Both the position numbers and the translations under genes were made by a program. This document shows positions 43,884 to 53,966 of a DNA stretch of 64,000 nt, piece after piece; within the stretch, counting starts at the first letter, position 1, and each line of letters opens with the position of its first letter. A model generated the notes under the pieces. It was not told the DNA's origin. It saw only the letters and a program-made list of their open reading frames with translations, and ran no database searches. The stretch spans positions 335 to 64,334 of the forward strand of contig CAVUBA010000013.1 of assembly GCA_963739595.1 (NCBI GenBank). Direction: 5' to 3'. The DNA is from an uncultured Thermoleophilia bacterium (lineage in GTDB: Bacteria; Actinomycetota; Thermoleophilia; UBA2241).

Positions 43884-44443
43884 GCGGCGGAGAAGCGGAG
43901 GCCAAACCGGAGCGCCTGCGGCTCTTCGTCGCCTGCGACCTGCCCCAGGACGTCGAGCGCGCGGTGATCGCGTGGCAGCGCAAGCGGCTCGGCGGGCACG
44001 AGGACCTGCGCATCGCGCCGACGCTGCACCTCACGCTCGCCTTCCTCGGCAGCCTGGACGCCGCGCGCGTGCCGGACCTTGAGCGCGTCCTCAAGGGGAT
44101 CGAGTGGACGCGCGCCGAGTGCCGGTTCAAGGAACCGCTCTTCCTGCCGGCGCACGGCCCGCGACGGGTCGTCGCCCTGGAGCTCGACGACCCGTCGGGC
44201 GAGCTGCGCCGGGTGCAGTCGGAGGTGTCGGCCGGGCTCGCCGCCGAAGGCCTCTACGAGCCCGAGAAGCGACCCTGGCTGCCCCACGTCACCGTGGCCA
44301 GATTCCGCCGTCCAGGTCACCCCTTTTCCCTGCAAAACGTGAACATCGGACGATTTGGTGTCGTCCGGATGGTCTTGTATAGTAGCCACCTGGAACGGGC
44401 TGGAGCAGTTCACACCCCCGTAGCAGACTTTCCCGCGTCCTGA
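43880..44443 (+). CDS. thpR: RNA 2',3'-cyclic phosphodiesterase (2H phosphoesterase, ThpR/LigT)
   Basis: Intact ORF, 187 aa. Two HxTx motifs ([17 protein letters not shown]). ATGA overlap with the cinA stop. Confidence 0.8.
   Translation: MSGGEAEAKPERLRLFVACDLPQDVERAVIAWQRKRLGGHEDLRIAPTLHLTLAFLGSLDAARVPDLERVLKGIEWTRAECRFKEPLFLPAHGPRRVVALELDDPSGELRRVQSEVSAGLAAEGLYEPEKRPWLPHVTVARFRRPGHPFSLQNVNIGRFGVVRMVLYSSHLERAGAVHTPVADFPAS
44355..44383 (+). promoter_or_regulatory. candidate recA promoter TTGGTG-17 nt-TATAGT inside the 3' end of thpR
   Basis: -35 at 44355-44360 and -10 at 44378-44383. It would give a 5' UTR of about 70 nt before the TTG start at 44463. Confidence 0.4.
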
Positions 44444-44462
44444 GCAAGAGAGGAGCGCTACC

Positions 44463-45611
44463 TTGGACAAGGACAAAGCCCTCGAGGCCGCCATGACACA
44501 GATAGACCGCCAGTTCGGCAAGGGCAGTGTCATGCGTCTTGGCGACCACCCCGTGAGCGACGACATGCAGTTCGTGCCGACCGGGTCGCTGGCCCTCGAC
44601 ATCGCCCTCGGCGTCGGCGGCATCCCGCGCGGCCGCATCATCGAGATCTTCGGGCCGGAGTCGTCGGGCAAGACGACCATGGTCTACCACCTCATCGCCC
44701 AGGCGCAGAAGCTCGGCGGCCAGGCGGCGTTCATCGACGCCGAGCACGCCATGGACCCCATCTACGCCAAGGCCATCGGCGTGGACGTCGACAATCTGCT
44801 GGTCTCGCAGCCGGACTACGGCGAGCAGGCCCTCGAGATCGCCGAGATGCTCGTGCGCAGCGGCGCCCTCGACATCGTCGCCATCGACTCCGTGGCCGCG
44901 CTCACGCCCAAGGCCGAGATCGAGGGCGAGATGGGCGACAGCTTCGTCGGCCTGCAGGCGCGGCTCATGAGCCAGGCGCTGCGCAAGCTGAACGGCAGCC
45001 TCAGCCGCTCGGGCACCATCTGCTGCTTCACGAACCAGCTGCGCGAGAAGATCGGCGTCATGTTCGGCAACCCGGAGGTCACCACCGGCGGCAAGGCGCT
45101 CAAGTTCTACGCCACCATCCGGCTCGACATCCGCCGCATCGAGACGCTCAAGGACGGCACGGAGGCCGTGGGCAACCGTGTCCGCGTCAAGGTCGTGAAG
45201 AACAAGGTCGCCCCGCCGTTCAAGCAGGCCGAGTTCGACATCACCTACGGCCTGGGCATCTCGCGCGAGGGCACGCTCCTCGACCTCGGCGTCTTCTACG
45301 ACGTCGTCGCCAAGAGCGGCGCGTTCTTCAGCTACAACGACGAGCGTCTCGGCCAGGGCAGGGCCAACGCCAAGGTGTTCCTCTCGGAGAACCCCGACAT
45401 CGCCGACGCCATCGAGGTCCAGATCCGCGCCAAGGCCGGCCTGCCGGCCAGCGCAGCGCTTGCCGAAGCGAGCGCAGCGTTCGCGGACGCCACGGCAAAG
45501 GCCGACGCCGCCAAGGCCGAAGCCGCAGCGCCCGAGCGGCGTCGATCCCGTCACCGGCGAGGTCCTGAAGGCGTAGTGAACGGTGTGCCTTCGGAACCCC
45601 GTTCGCTGTAG
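44463..45611 (+). CDS. recA: recombinase RecA (TTG start; extreme C-terminus possibly frame-shifted)
   Basis: ORF 44463..45611. AGGAG lies 7 nt upstream. Motifs: [47 protein letters not shown]. An alternative frame gives ..[13 protein letters not shown] ending at 45576. Confidence 0.93.
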   Translation: MDKDKALEAAMTQIDRQFGKGSVMRLGDHPVSDDMQFVPTGSLALDIALGVGGIPRGRIIEIFGPESSGKTTMVYHLIAQAQKLGGQAAFIDAEHAMDPIYAKAIGVDVDNLLVSQPDYGEQALEIAEMLVRSGALDIVAIDSVAALTPKAEIEGEMGDSFVGLQARLMSQALRKLNGSLSRSGTICCFTNQLREKIGVMFGNPEVTTGGKALKFYATIRLDIRRIETLKDGTEAVGNRVRVKVVKNKVAPPFKQAEFDITYGLGISREGTLLDLGVFYDVVAKSGAFFSYNDERLGQGRANAKVFLSENPDIADAIEVQIRAKAGLPASAALAEASAAFADATAKADAAKAEAAAPERRRSRHRRGPEGVVNGVPSEPRSL

Positions 45612-45629
45612 CGCCTGCGGTCGCTGGTC

Positions 45630-46279
45630 GTGCCCGTCGTCACCGCCCTGCGCGCCACCCGCCGCGGGGGAGTGGCGCTGCACGTCGACGACGAATACGC
45701 CTGCGTCGTCAGCGAGTCCCTCGTCGCTCGCTGGCGCCTGTTCAAAGGGCGCGAGCTCTCCGAGGGGGACGTGGCCGAGATCCGCGCGGCGTCGTCCGGC
45801 GAGCGCGTCATGGGCGACGCCTACCGCCTGCTCGGGCACCGCGCCAGGAGCCGGGACGGAGCTGCGTCGCCGGCTCCTGGCCAAAGAACACGACGAGCAC
45901 GCCGTCGAGGCTGCCCTGGAGCGGCTCGCCGCGGACGGGTTCCTCGACGACGCCGCGTTCGCGCGCAGCTACGTCGCCGACAAGCGGCAGCTGGCGTCCT
46001 GGGGCGTCGAGCGCATCCGTCGCGGGCTGCGAGAGCTGGGCGTCGACTCGCTCGTGATCGACGAGGCTCTCGGCGGCCGGCAGCGGAGGCGGCGGGGAAG
46101 AGGGCGAAGAGCTCGACCGCGCCCTCGCCGTCCTGCGCCGCCGTGGCGCGCCGGAGCAACCGCTGGACGCGGCCCGCCGGCGCGCCTTCCAGGCCCTTCA
46201 GCGCCGCGGCTTCTCGTCGTCGGTCGCGTACGCCGCCGTGCGCCTGTGGATCGAAGGAGAGCCGCCCCGCGCGAATTGA
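45630..46279 (+). CDS. recX: recombination regulator RecX; 2 frame changes
   Basis: GTG 45630 (VTALRATRRGGVALHVDDEY..). Middle ELRRRLLAKEHDEHAVEAALERLAADGFLDDAAFARSYV in ORF 45583... Tail ..RRAFQALQRRGFSSSVAYAAVRLW.. in the third frame, ending at TGA 46277-46279. Frame changes near 45845 and 46085. Confidence 0.8.
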
Positions 46280-46305
46280 CTCCGCGCGGCGGCGTCACGT
46301 ACTAT
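46276..46305 (+). promoter_or_regulatory. strong sigma-70-type promoter TTGACT-18 nt-TACTAT
   Basis: -35 at 46276-46281, overlapping the recX stop. -10 at 46300-46305. Predicted TSS near 46312. Confidence 0.55.
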
Positions 46306-46311
46306 CCAAGC

Positions 46312-46545
46312 ACGCGACGTTTGCGCGTGCTTTGTGTATTCCACTTCTCGCTCTTGCATAGCGATACCGACGGCGCTACTGCGCCGATGAAGCTGAACCG
46401 ATCGACCAGGGGTCACCGATGAGAGCTTTGGGAGGTTTTGCGAACCTACATTCGTCCTGACCCCTGGACGCAGTCACAGCTGGATCACCGTATCGTCGTG
46501 CACGTGCGAGCGTGGCACAGGCCGGGCGCGTTGCCCGGCCTTTTT
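46312..46545 (+). ncRNA. unclassified structured RNA of about 235 nt (sRNA or rny 5' leader/attenuator)
   Basis: AT-richer gap with no credible ORF. Stems: 46308-16/46324-32 (9 bp), CGGCGC/GCGCCG 46371-76/46381-86, CCAGGGGUCA/UGACCCCUGG 46407-16/46458-67 (10 bp). It ends at an intrinsic terminator. Confidence 0.5.
46519..46545 (+). terminator. rho-independent terminator
   Basis: AGGCCGGGC (46519-27), loop GCGUU, GCCCGGCCU (46533-41), then a U-run to 46545. It lies 29 nt before the rny ATG. Confidence 0.65.
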
Positions 46546-46573
46546 CGTGCCGCGCGACCTGTGAAGGGACTGG

Positions 46574-48108
46574 ATGATGATTGCGGTCTATATCGTTGTT
46601 GGCCTGGTGGTCGGCATCGCGGTGGGGTACTTCATCCGCCGCAACCTCGCCTCGAGCAAGCTGGCGGGGGCCGAGCGCGAGGCCGAGAAGCTCCTCAAGG
46701 ACTCTCGCCGTGAGGCGGAGACCATCGTCAAGGAGGCCCGCCTCGAGGCGAAGGAAGAGGTCCACCGCGTCCGCAGCGAGGTAGAGAGCGAACTGGGGGG
46801 CCGGCGCGAGGAGCTCAACAAGGCGGAGCAGCGCATGCTGCAGCGCGAAGAGGCCATCGACGCTCGCGCCGCCGAGCAGGACCGCCGCGAGCAGTCCATC
46901 CGCGACCGCGACGCGAACAGCCAGCGCGATCTCCGACGAGACTGCAGAACGCGCACGCCGAGGCGATGATCCAGCTCGAGCGCATCTCCGGTCTCAGCGC
47001 CGCCCAGGCGAAGGACATCCTCCTCAAGCAGACGGAAGAGGAAGCCCGCCACGAGATGGCCAAGCTCGTCCGCCAGATCGACGAGGAGGCGCACCGGGAG
47101 GCCGACCGTCGCGCCCGCAACATCCTCTCGCTCAGCATCCAGCGCACCGCCGCCAATCACGTCGCCGAGACGACCGTCTCGGTCGTGAACCTGCCTTCAG
47201 ACGACATGAAGGGCCGGATCATCGGGCGCGAGGGCCGCAACATCCGCACGCTCGAGAACGTCACCGGCATCGACTTCATCATCGACGACACGCCGGAGGC
47301 CGTCGTGCTCTCCGGCTTCGACGGTGTGCGCCGCGAGACGGCGCGCCTCACGCTCACCAAGCTCATCACCGACGGGCGCATCCACCCGGCGCGCATCGAA
47401 GAGACGTACACGGCCGCCAAGGCCGAGGTCGAGGCCGCGATGGAAGAGGCCGGCGAGCAGGCCTGCTTCGACACCAACGTGCACGGTGTGGCGCCCGAGC
47501 TGGTCAAGGTCCTCGGGCGCCTCAAGTACCGCACCAGCTACGGCCAGAACGTCCTCAACCACTCCATCGAGGTCGCGCACCTCGCCGGCATCATGGCCGC
47601 CGAGCTCGGCGCCAACGTCAAGATCGCCAAACGCGCCGGCCTGCTGCACGACATCGGCAAGGCCATCGACCACGAGGTCGACGGCTCGCACGCCGTCATC
47701 TCGCAGCAGCTCTGCAAGAAGTACCGCGAGTCGCAGAGCGTGTGCCACGCCATCCAGGCGCACCACCAGGACGTGGAGCCGCAGACCGTGGAGGCCGTGC
47801 TCGTGCAGGCGGCCGACGCGATCAGCGCCGCCCGTCCCGGCGCCCGCCGCGAGTCGCTCGAGAACTACATCAAGCGGCTGGAGTCGCTGGAGCGCATCGC
47901 CGAGGCCAAGAAGGGCGTCGAGAAGTGCTTCGCCATGCAGGCGGGGCGCGAGGTGCGCGTGATGGTCAAGCCGGGCGAGATCGACGACGACGCGACCGTG
48001 CTGCTGGCGCACGAGATCGCGCGCGACATCGAGGACCAGCTCGACTACCCGGGCCAGATCCGGGTGACCGTCATCCGCGAGAGCCGCGCCGTCGACATCG
48101 CCAAGTAG
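46574..48108 (+). CDS. rny: ribonuclease Y; 1-2 frame changes near 46920-46945
   Basis: ORF 46574.. (N-terminal [23 protein letters not shown] and coiled coil) joins ORF 46966..48108 ([32 protein letters not shown]). Confidence 0.9.
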
Positions 48109-48154
48109 CGGGCGCGGCGCCCGTGCGCCGTCCCGCGACCGCGACGAGATCGTC

Positions 48155-49477
48155 ATGACCGGCCGCTACTACCTGCGCTCGTTCGGCTGCCAGATGAACG
48201 AGCACGACGCCGAGCGCATCCGCGCGCTGCTCGAGGCCGAAGGCCTGGAGCGCGCGGCCGAGCCCGACGATGCGGACGTGCTGGTCTACAACACGTGCAC
48301 CGTGCGCAAGAGCGCCGACGACCGCCTCGCCGGGCACCTGGGCACCGCGGCGAGGCTCAAGCGCGAAGATCCGGCGCGCGTCGTCCTCGTCACCGGCTGC
48401 CTGCCGCAGGCGGAGCAGGCGGAGTTCTTCGCGCGCTTCCCCTTCGTGGACGGCGCGCTCGGCCCGCAGAACCTGCATCGGCTGCCGGAACTGCTGCGCG
48501 TGGCGGTGGAGCCGGCCGGCGGCAGCCCCGCCGGCTTCTTCGACGACGGGCCGCACTTCAGCGGCAGCCTGACCGCACGCCGCGAACGGCCGTTCCAGGC
48601 CTGGGTGCAGGTGATGAGCGGCTGCACCAACTTCTGCTCGTACTGCATCGTCCCGTTCGTGCGCGGGCCGGAGCGCAGTCGCTCCGTGGAGGAGTTGGCG
48701 GCCGAGGTCGAGGCTCTGGTGGGGGACGGGGTCCGCGAGATCACTCTGCTGGGTCAGAACGTCAACGCCTACGGGCGCGACCTCCGGGGCGGGGGAGACG
48801 CGACGACCCCGAGCTTCGCAGGGCTGCTGCGACGGCTCGACGCGATCGACGGCCTGGAGCGCGTCCGGTTCATGACCTCGCATCCCAAAGACCTCGGCGA
48901 CGACCTCGTCGCCGCCATCGCCGAGCTGCCGAGCGTGTGCGAACACGTGCACCTGCCGGCCCAGGCGGGCTCGGACCGCGTGCTCCGGGGGATGCGGCGT
49001 GGCTACACGGCCGCCGAGTACCTGGACCGCGTCCGCGCCCTCCGCGCGGCCGTGCCCGACGTCAGCATCACGACCGACCTCATCGCCGGCTTCCCCGGCG
49101 AGACCGAGGGCGAGTTCGCGGAGACGCTCGCCCTCGTGCGTGAGGCCGCGTTCGACGCGGCGTTCACGTTCGTGTTCTCGCCCCGCCACGGCACCGCGGC
49201 CGCCGACCTGCCCGGCCAGGTGCCGCCCGACGTCCGCCGGGAGCGCGTGGAACGCCTCATCGCGCTCACGCAGCAGCAGGCGCTGGCCTCCCGCCAGGCG
49301 TGGGTCGGACGGCGCGCCGAAGTCCTCATCGAGGGCGCCAGCCGGGACGGCGTGCAGCACCGCGGGCGCTCCCGTCAGAACGTCACCGTCAACGTCGCCG
49401 GAGCCGTGGAGCCCGGTGCTATAGTGACGGTGGATATCACCGCAGCGACCTCCACCACGCTGCGCGGTTCGGTCTGA
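48155..49477 (+). CDS. miaB: tRNA-2-methylthio-N6-dimethylallyladenosine synthase
   Basis: Intact 440-aa ORF. YYLRSFGCQMNEHDAE, radical-SAM SGCTNFCSYCIVP, TRAM tail. Confidence 0.9.
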   Translation: MTGRYYLRSFGCQMNEHDAERIRALLEAEGLERAAEPDDADVLVYNTCTVRKSADDRLAGHLGTAARLKREDPARVVLVTGCLPQAEQAEFFARFPFVDGALGPQNLHRLPELLRVAVEPAGGSPAGFFDDGPHFSGSLTARRERPFQAWVQVMSGCTNFCSYCIVPFVRGPERSRSVEELAAEVEALVGDGVREITLLGQNVNAYGRDLRGGGDATTPSFAGLLRRLDAIDGLERVRFMTSHPKDLGDDLVAAIAELPSVCEHVHLPAQAGSDRVLRGMRRGYTAAEYLDRVRALRAAVPDVSITTDLIAGFPGETEGEFAETLALVREAAFDAAFTFVFSPRHGTAAADLPGQVPPDVRRERVERLIALTQQQALASRQAWVGRRAEVLIEGASRDGVQHRGRSRQNVTVNVAGAVEPGAIVTVDITAATSTTLRGSV

Positions 49478-49500
49478 GCCGGCGACCAGGAGGCATCGTC

Positions 49501-50295
49501 ATGCAAGGCTGCATCTGCCCTCACCCTCCACTGCTCATCCCCGAGGTCGGCGGCACCGCGCGCGGCAAGATCGCCGCCACCGTCACCGCGATGGAGAAGC
49601 TGGCGGCTTCCGTCGGCGAGCCGGAGACGATCGTCGTCATCTCGCCGCACGCCGACGACTTCGGCTCTTCGCACGCGGTCAAGACCGCGCCGCGCCTGCA
49701 CGGCGACTTCGGCCGGTTCCGCTGTCCGGACGCGGCGTTCAGCTACGACAACGACGTGCAGTTCACCGAGTTGCTGCTCGCCCTGGCCGGAGACAACCGC
49801 AAGCTTCGCCTCATCCCCGACGACGGCGACGTGCTCGACTGGGGCGTGCTGGTCCCCTTGAGCTTCCTGCGACCCGATCGCATCGTCAGCCTCTCGGTGG
49901 TCGGGCCGTACGCCGAGCACCGCACGCTCGGCCAGCTCGTGCGCCGCTGCGCCGAGGAACTGGGCAGGGACACGCTGTTCCTGGCCTCCGGCGATCTCTC
50001 GCACGCGCTCATCCACGGGGCGCCGGCGCCGTACGACCCTCGCGGCAAGCTGTTCGACGACGAGGTCGTCAGCCTGCTGGGCGTCGGTGACTTCCCCGGC
50101 CTCATGCGCATCGAGCCGGTGCTGCTGGACGGGGCCGCCGAGTGCGGCCTGCGCAGCCTCGTCGCGCTCGGCGGCTTCCTCGGCGACGACGCGACCGTCG
50201 ACCCTGAGATCTTCAGCTACGAGGGCCCGTATGGGGTCGGGTATCTCGTGGCGCGCTTCGGGCCTCGCCCGGTCGCGGCGGACGCCGAGGCGTGA
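49501..50295 (+). CDS. LigB/Memo-like class III extradiol dioxygenase-fold protein (COG3885-like)
   Basis: ATG 49501 after CCAGGAGG, within ORF 49300..50295. MQGCICPHPPLLIPEVGG..VVISPHAD..LASGDLSHAL... 264 aa, intact. Confidence 0.6.
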   Translation: MQGCICPHPPLLIPEVGGTARGKIAATVTAMEKLAASVGEPETIVVISPHADDFGSSHAVKTAPRLHGDFGRFRCPDAAFSYDNDVQFTELLLALAGDNRKLRLIPDDGDVLDWGVLVPLSFLRPDRIVSLSVVGPYAEHRTLGQLVRRCAEELGRDTLFLASGDLSHALIHGAPAPYDPRGKLFDDEVVSLLGVGDFPGLMRIEPVLLDGAAECGLRSLVALGGFLGDDATVDPEIFSYEGPYGVGYLVARFGPRPVAADAEA

Positions 50296-50876
50296 GCGAA
50301 GCGTGCGACGGGGGCGCCGGTCCGGCACCTGGCCCGGCGGACTACGCGTTCGCCTGCGTCGGCGCCTACGTGGCCGGCGGCCGCGCTCCCGAGCCGCCCG
50401 AGGACGCTTTCTACGAGCGCCGGGCGGCGTGCTTCGTCACCCTCAAGAAGCACGGCGAGCTGCGCGGCTGCATCGGCACCCTGGAGCCGGCGGAGACGTC
50501 GCTGGGCCGGGAGATCGCCCGCAACGCCCACTCGTCGGCGATGCGCGACCCTCGCTTCCCGCCGGTGACCGGCGACGAACTCGAGGCCCTCACCTGCTCG
50601 GTCGACGTCCTCGACCCCAGTGAAGCCTGCGAGCTGACCGACCTCGATCCGCAGGCCTACGGCGTGATCGTCGAGGCCGGGTTCAGGCGTGGCGTCCTGC
50701 TGCCCGCCCTCGCGGGCGTGGACACGGTCGACGCGCAGGTCGGCATCGCCTGTCAGAAGGCGGGCATCGCCGCCGACCAATCGTTCGACGTGCGGCGGTT
50801 CAAGGTCACCCGGTACCGGCAAGGCGACGCGCCGGCCGTTCACGACGACGACGGCTGCGCTCCCGGGGATGACTGA
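50292..50876 (+). CDS. AMMECR1 domain protein
   Basis: GTG 50292 (GTGA overlap with the preceding stop). ACFVTLKKHGELRGCIGTLEP..RDPRFPPV..GVLLP... 194 aa, intact. Confidence 0.8.
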   Translation: MSEACDGGAGPAPGPADYAFACVGAYVAGGRAPEPPEDAFYERRAACFVTLKKHGELRGCIGTLEPAETSLGREIARNAHSSAMRDPRFPPVTGDELEALTCSVDVLDPSEACELTDLDPQAYGVIVEAGFRRGVLLPALAGVDTVDAQVGIACQKAGIAADQSFDVRRFKVTRYRQGDAPAVHDDDGCAPGDD

Positions 50877-51805
50877 CGCGCCGCCGGTGGTCGCCCTCTT
50901 CGGCGCCACCGCCCTGGGCAAGAGCGACGTGGCGCTGGAGCTCGCCGCGCTGCTGCGAGGCGACATCGTCGTCGCCGACTCCATGCAGGTCTACGCCGGG
51001 CTGCCGATCGTCACCAATCAGCCCGGCGCGGAGGCCCGCAGCCAGAGCGAGGTACCACCTCGTGGGCTGGGCGTCTCCGCAGGACGAGTGCACCGTGGCG
51101 GAGTACTCGGGCCTGGCGCACGAGATCGTCGACGGCCTTCTCGCGGCCGGACGGCCGGTGATCGTCGAGGGTGGCTCCGGGCTCTACCTGCGCGCCGTGC
51201 TCGGCGACCTCGCCTTCGGGGCCGAGCCCGATGCGGCGCGGCGGCGGGAGCTGGAAGAGCGCTGGGAGCGCTCACCCGGGGAGCTCCGGGCGGAGCTTCA
51301 GCGGCGCGCGCCCGACGTCGCGGCGCGCATCGACCTGCAGAACGGGCGCCGGGTGATCCGCGCCCTCGAGGCGCTCGAAGGCGGGGGAGAGGGCGGAGCG
51401 CAGACGGGCGAGCTCTGGAGCGCCGGCGGCCGCTACGCGCACCGGCTCGTCGCCCTCGACCCCGGCGACGACCGCGCCGCGCTCAAGGAACGCATCGAGC
51501 GGCGCGTGGACGAGATGCTCGCCGCCGGCGCCCTCGAGGAGGTGGCCGCGGCGCGAGCGGCCGGCCCCTTCTCGCGCACGGCCGGCCAGGCCATCGGCGT
51601 GCGCGAGCTCTGCGCCGTCCTCGACGGCGACCTCGCGCTCGAGGAGGCCGCGACGCGCATGAAGGCGCGCACGCGCGCACTGGCGCGCCGCCAGCTCACC
51701 TGGATGCGCAAGCTGCCCGATGCGGCCAGGATCCCTGCCGCGGGACGCTCCGCAGCCGCCGTCGCCCACGACGTCCTGAGCATCCTCCGAACCGCGTCGT
51801 GGTAG
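50869..51805 (+). CDS. miaA: tRNA dimethylallyltransferase; 1 frame change
   Basis: ATG 50869 (8-nt overlap with AMMECR1). VVALFGATALGKSDVALELA..DSMQVYAGLPIVTNQP in ORF 50689... YHLVGWASP..VIVEGGSGLYLRAVL.. in ORF 51062..51805. Frame change near 51050. Confidence 0.85.
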
Positions 51806-51867
51806 GATTTCGGTTCCGGCGCGGTGCACCACGCTTCGCGCTGTACGCTCACAGGGGGTCATGACGG

Positions 51868-52740
<873 letters not shown>

Positions 52741-52774
52741 GGCCTACGACCAGGACCCGCATCTCCGGAGGACC

Positions 52775-53938
52775 ATGAGGATCGCAGAACGCGTGCGCAC
52801 GCTGCCGCCCTACCTGTTCGCCGCCATCGAGCGCCAGATCGCCGAGCGCAAGGCCGCCGGCGTCGACGTCATCAGCCTCGGGATCGGCGATCCCGACCTG
52901 CCCACGCCGCCGCACATCGTCGAGGCGCTCGCGGCCGGTGCGGCCGATCCGGCGACCCACCAGTACCCCAGCAACCAGGGCGAGCTGGGCTTCCGCGAGG
53001 CCGTGGCCGGGTTCTACGCGACGCGCTTCGGCGTCACGCTCGACCCGGCCGACCAGATCGTCCCGCTGCTCGGCGCCAAAGAGGGCATCGCCCACATCTG
53101 CCAGGTGCTGCTCGACCCGGGCGACGTGGCCCTCGCGGCCGACCCCGGCTACCCGGTCTACGTCACCGGCCCGACGCTGGCGGACGGTTCCGCCGTGCAC
53201 CTCCCGCTCGTGCCCGGTCTCGGGTTCCAGCCCGACCTCGAGGCCATCCCGGCAGAGACGCTGGAGCGCGCCAAGATGATCTTCGTGAGCTACCCGAACA
53301 ACCCGACCGGCGCCGTGATCGAGGACGACTTCTTCGCCCGCCTCGTCGACTTCGCGAGAGCCAACGACATCGTCGTGGTCCACGACAACGCCTACGCCGA
53401 CATCACCTACGACGGGTACGTGGCGCCGAGCTTCCTGGCGACCCCCGGCGCGTCGGAGGTCGGCGTCGAGATGTTCAGCCTCTCCAAGAGCTACAACATG
53501 ACCGGCTGGCGCGCCGGCGCCATCGTCGGCGACCGCGAGGTCGTCGACGCGTACTGGCGCCTCAAGACCAATCTGGACTCCGGCATGTTCGGCGCGGTGC
53601 AGCGCGCCGCCGCCGCGGCGCTCTCCGGCTCGCAGGAGTGCGTCCACGAGATGTGCCGCGTCTACCAGCACCGCCGCGACCTTCTCGTGCACGCACTGCG
53701 CACGGTCGGCATGCATGTCGAGCCGCCCAAGGGAACCATCTACCTGTGGGTGCCCGTGCCCGACGGCTACACCTCCGCCAGCTTCACCCAGCAGGTACTG
53801 GAGCAGGCGGACGTCGTGGTCACGCCGGGGGCGGCCTACGGGCCGTCCGGCGAAGGCTACGTGCGCCTCTCACTGACACTGCCGGACGACCGCCTCGAAG
53901 AGGCCGTGCGGCGCATCGAGGAGCGAGTACGACTCTAG
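52775..53938 (+). CDS. dapL: LL-diaminopimelate aminotransferase (DapL-type class I aminotransferase)
   Basis: Intact 387-aa ORF. RTLPPYLFAAIERQIAERKAAGVDVISLGIGDPDLPTP, SYPNNPTG, FSLSKSYNMTGWRAG. Adjacent to dapF. Confidence 0.72.
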   Translation: MRIAERVRTLPPYLFAAIERQIAERKAAGVDVISLGIGDPDLPTPPHIVEALAAGAADPATHQYPSNQGELGFREAVAGFYATRFGVTLDPADQIVPLLGAKEGIAHICQVLLDPGDVALAADPGYPVYVTGPTLADGSAVHLPLVPGLGFQPDLEAIPAETLERAKMIFVSYPNNPTGAVIEDDFFARLVDFARANDIVVVHDNAYADITYDGYVAPSFLATPGASEVGVEMFSLSKSYNMTGWRAGAIVGDREVVDAYWRLKTNLDSGMFGAVQRAAAAALSGSQECVHEMCRVYQHRRDLLVHALRTVGMHVEPPKGTIYLWVPVPDGYTSASFTQQVLEQADVVVTPGAAYGPSGEGYVRLSLTLPDDRLEEAVRRIEERVRL

Positions 53939-53966
53939 ACAGCCGCAGCGCAGGAAGAAGGACGCC

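Noticed and set aside
44393-44411. GAAC-N11-GTTC dyad downstream of the recA -10 element, considered as a LexA/SOS box
   Set aside because: The spacing does not fit the actinobacterial TCGAAC-N4-GTTCGA box or the Cheo box. Four-base arms at this GC content are expected by chance. It is kept only as a note inside the recA finding.
46387-46422. 11-codon ORF (MKLNRSTRGHR) inside the rny-upstream RNA, considered as a leader peptide
   Set aside because: It has no Shine-Dalgarno. It sits inside predicted stems. Its codon content gives no regulatory logic.
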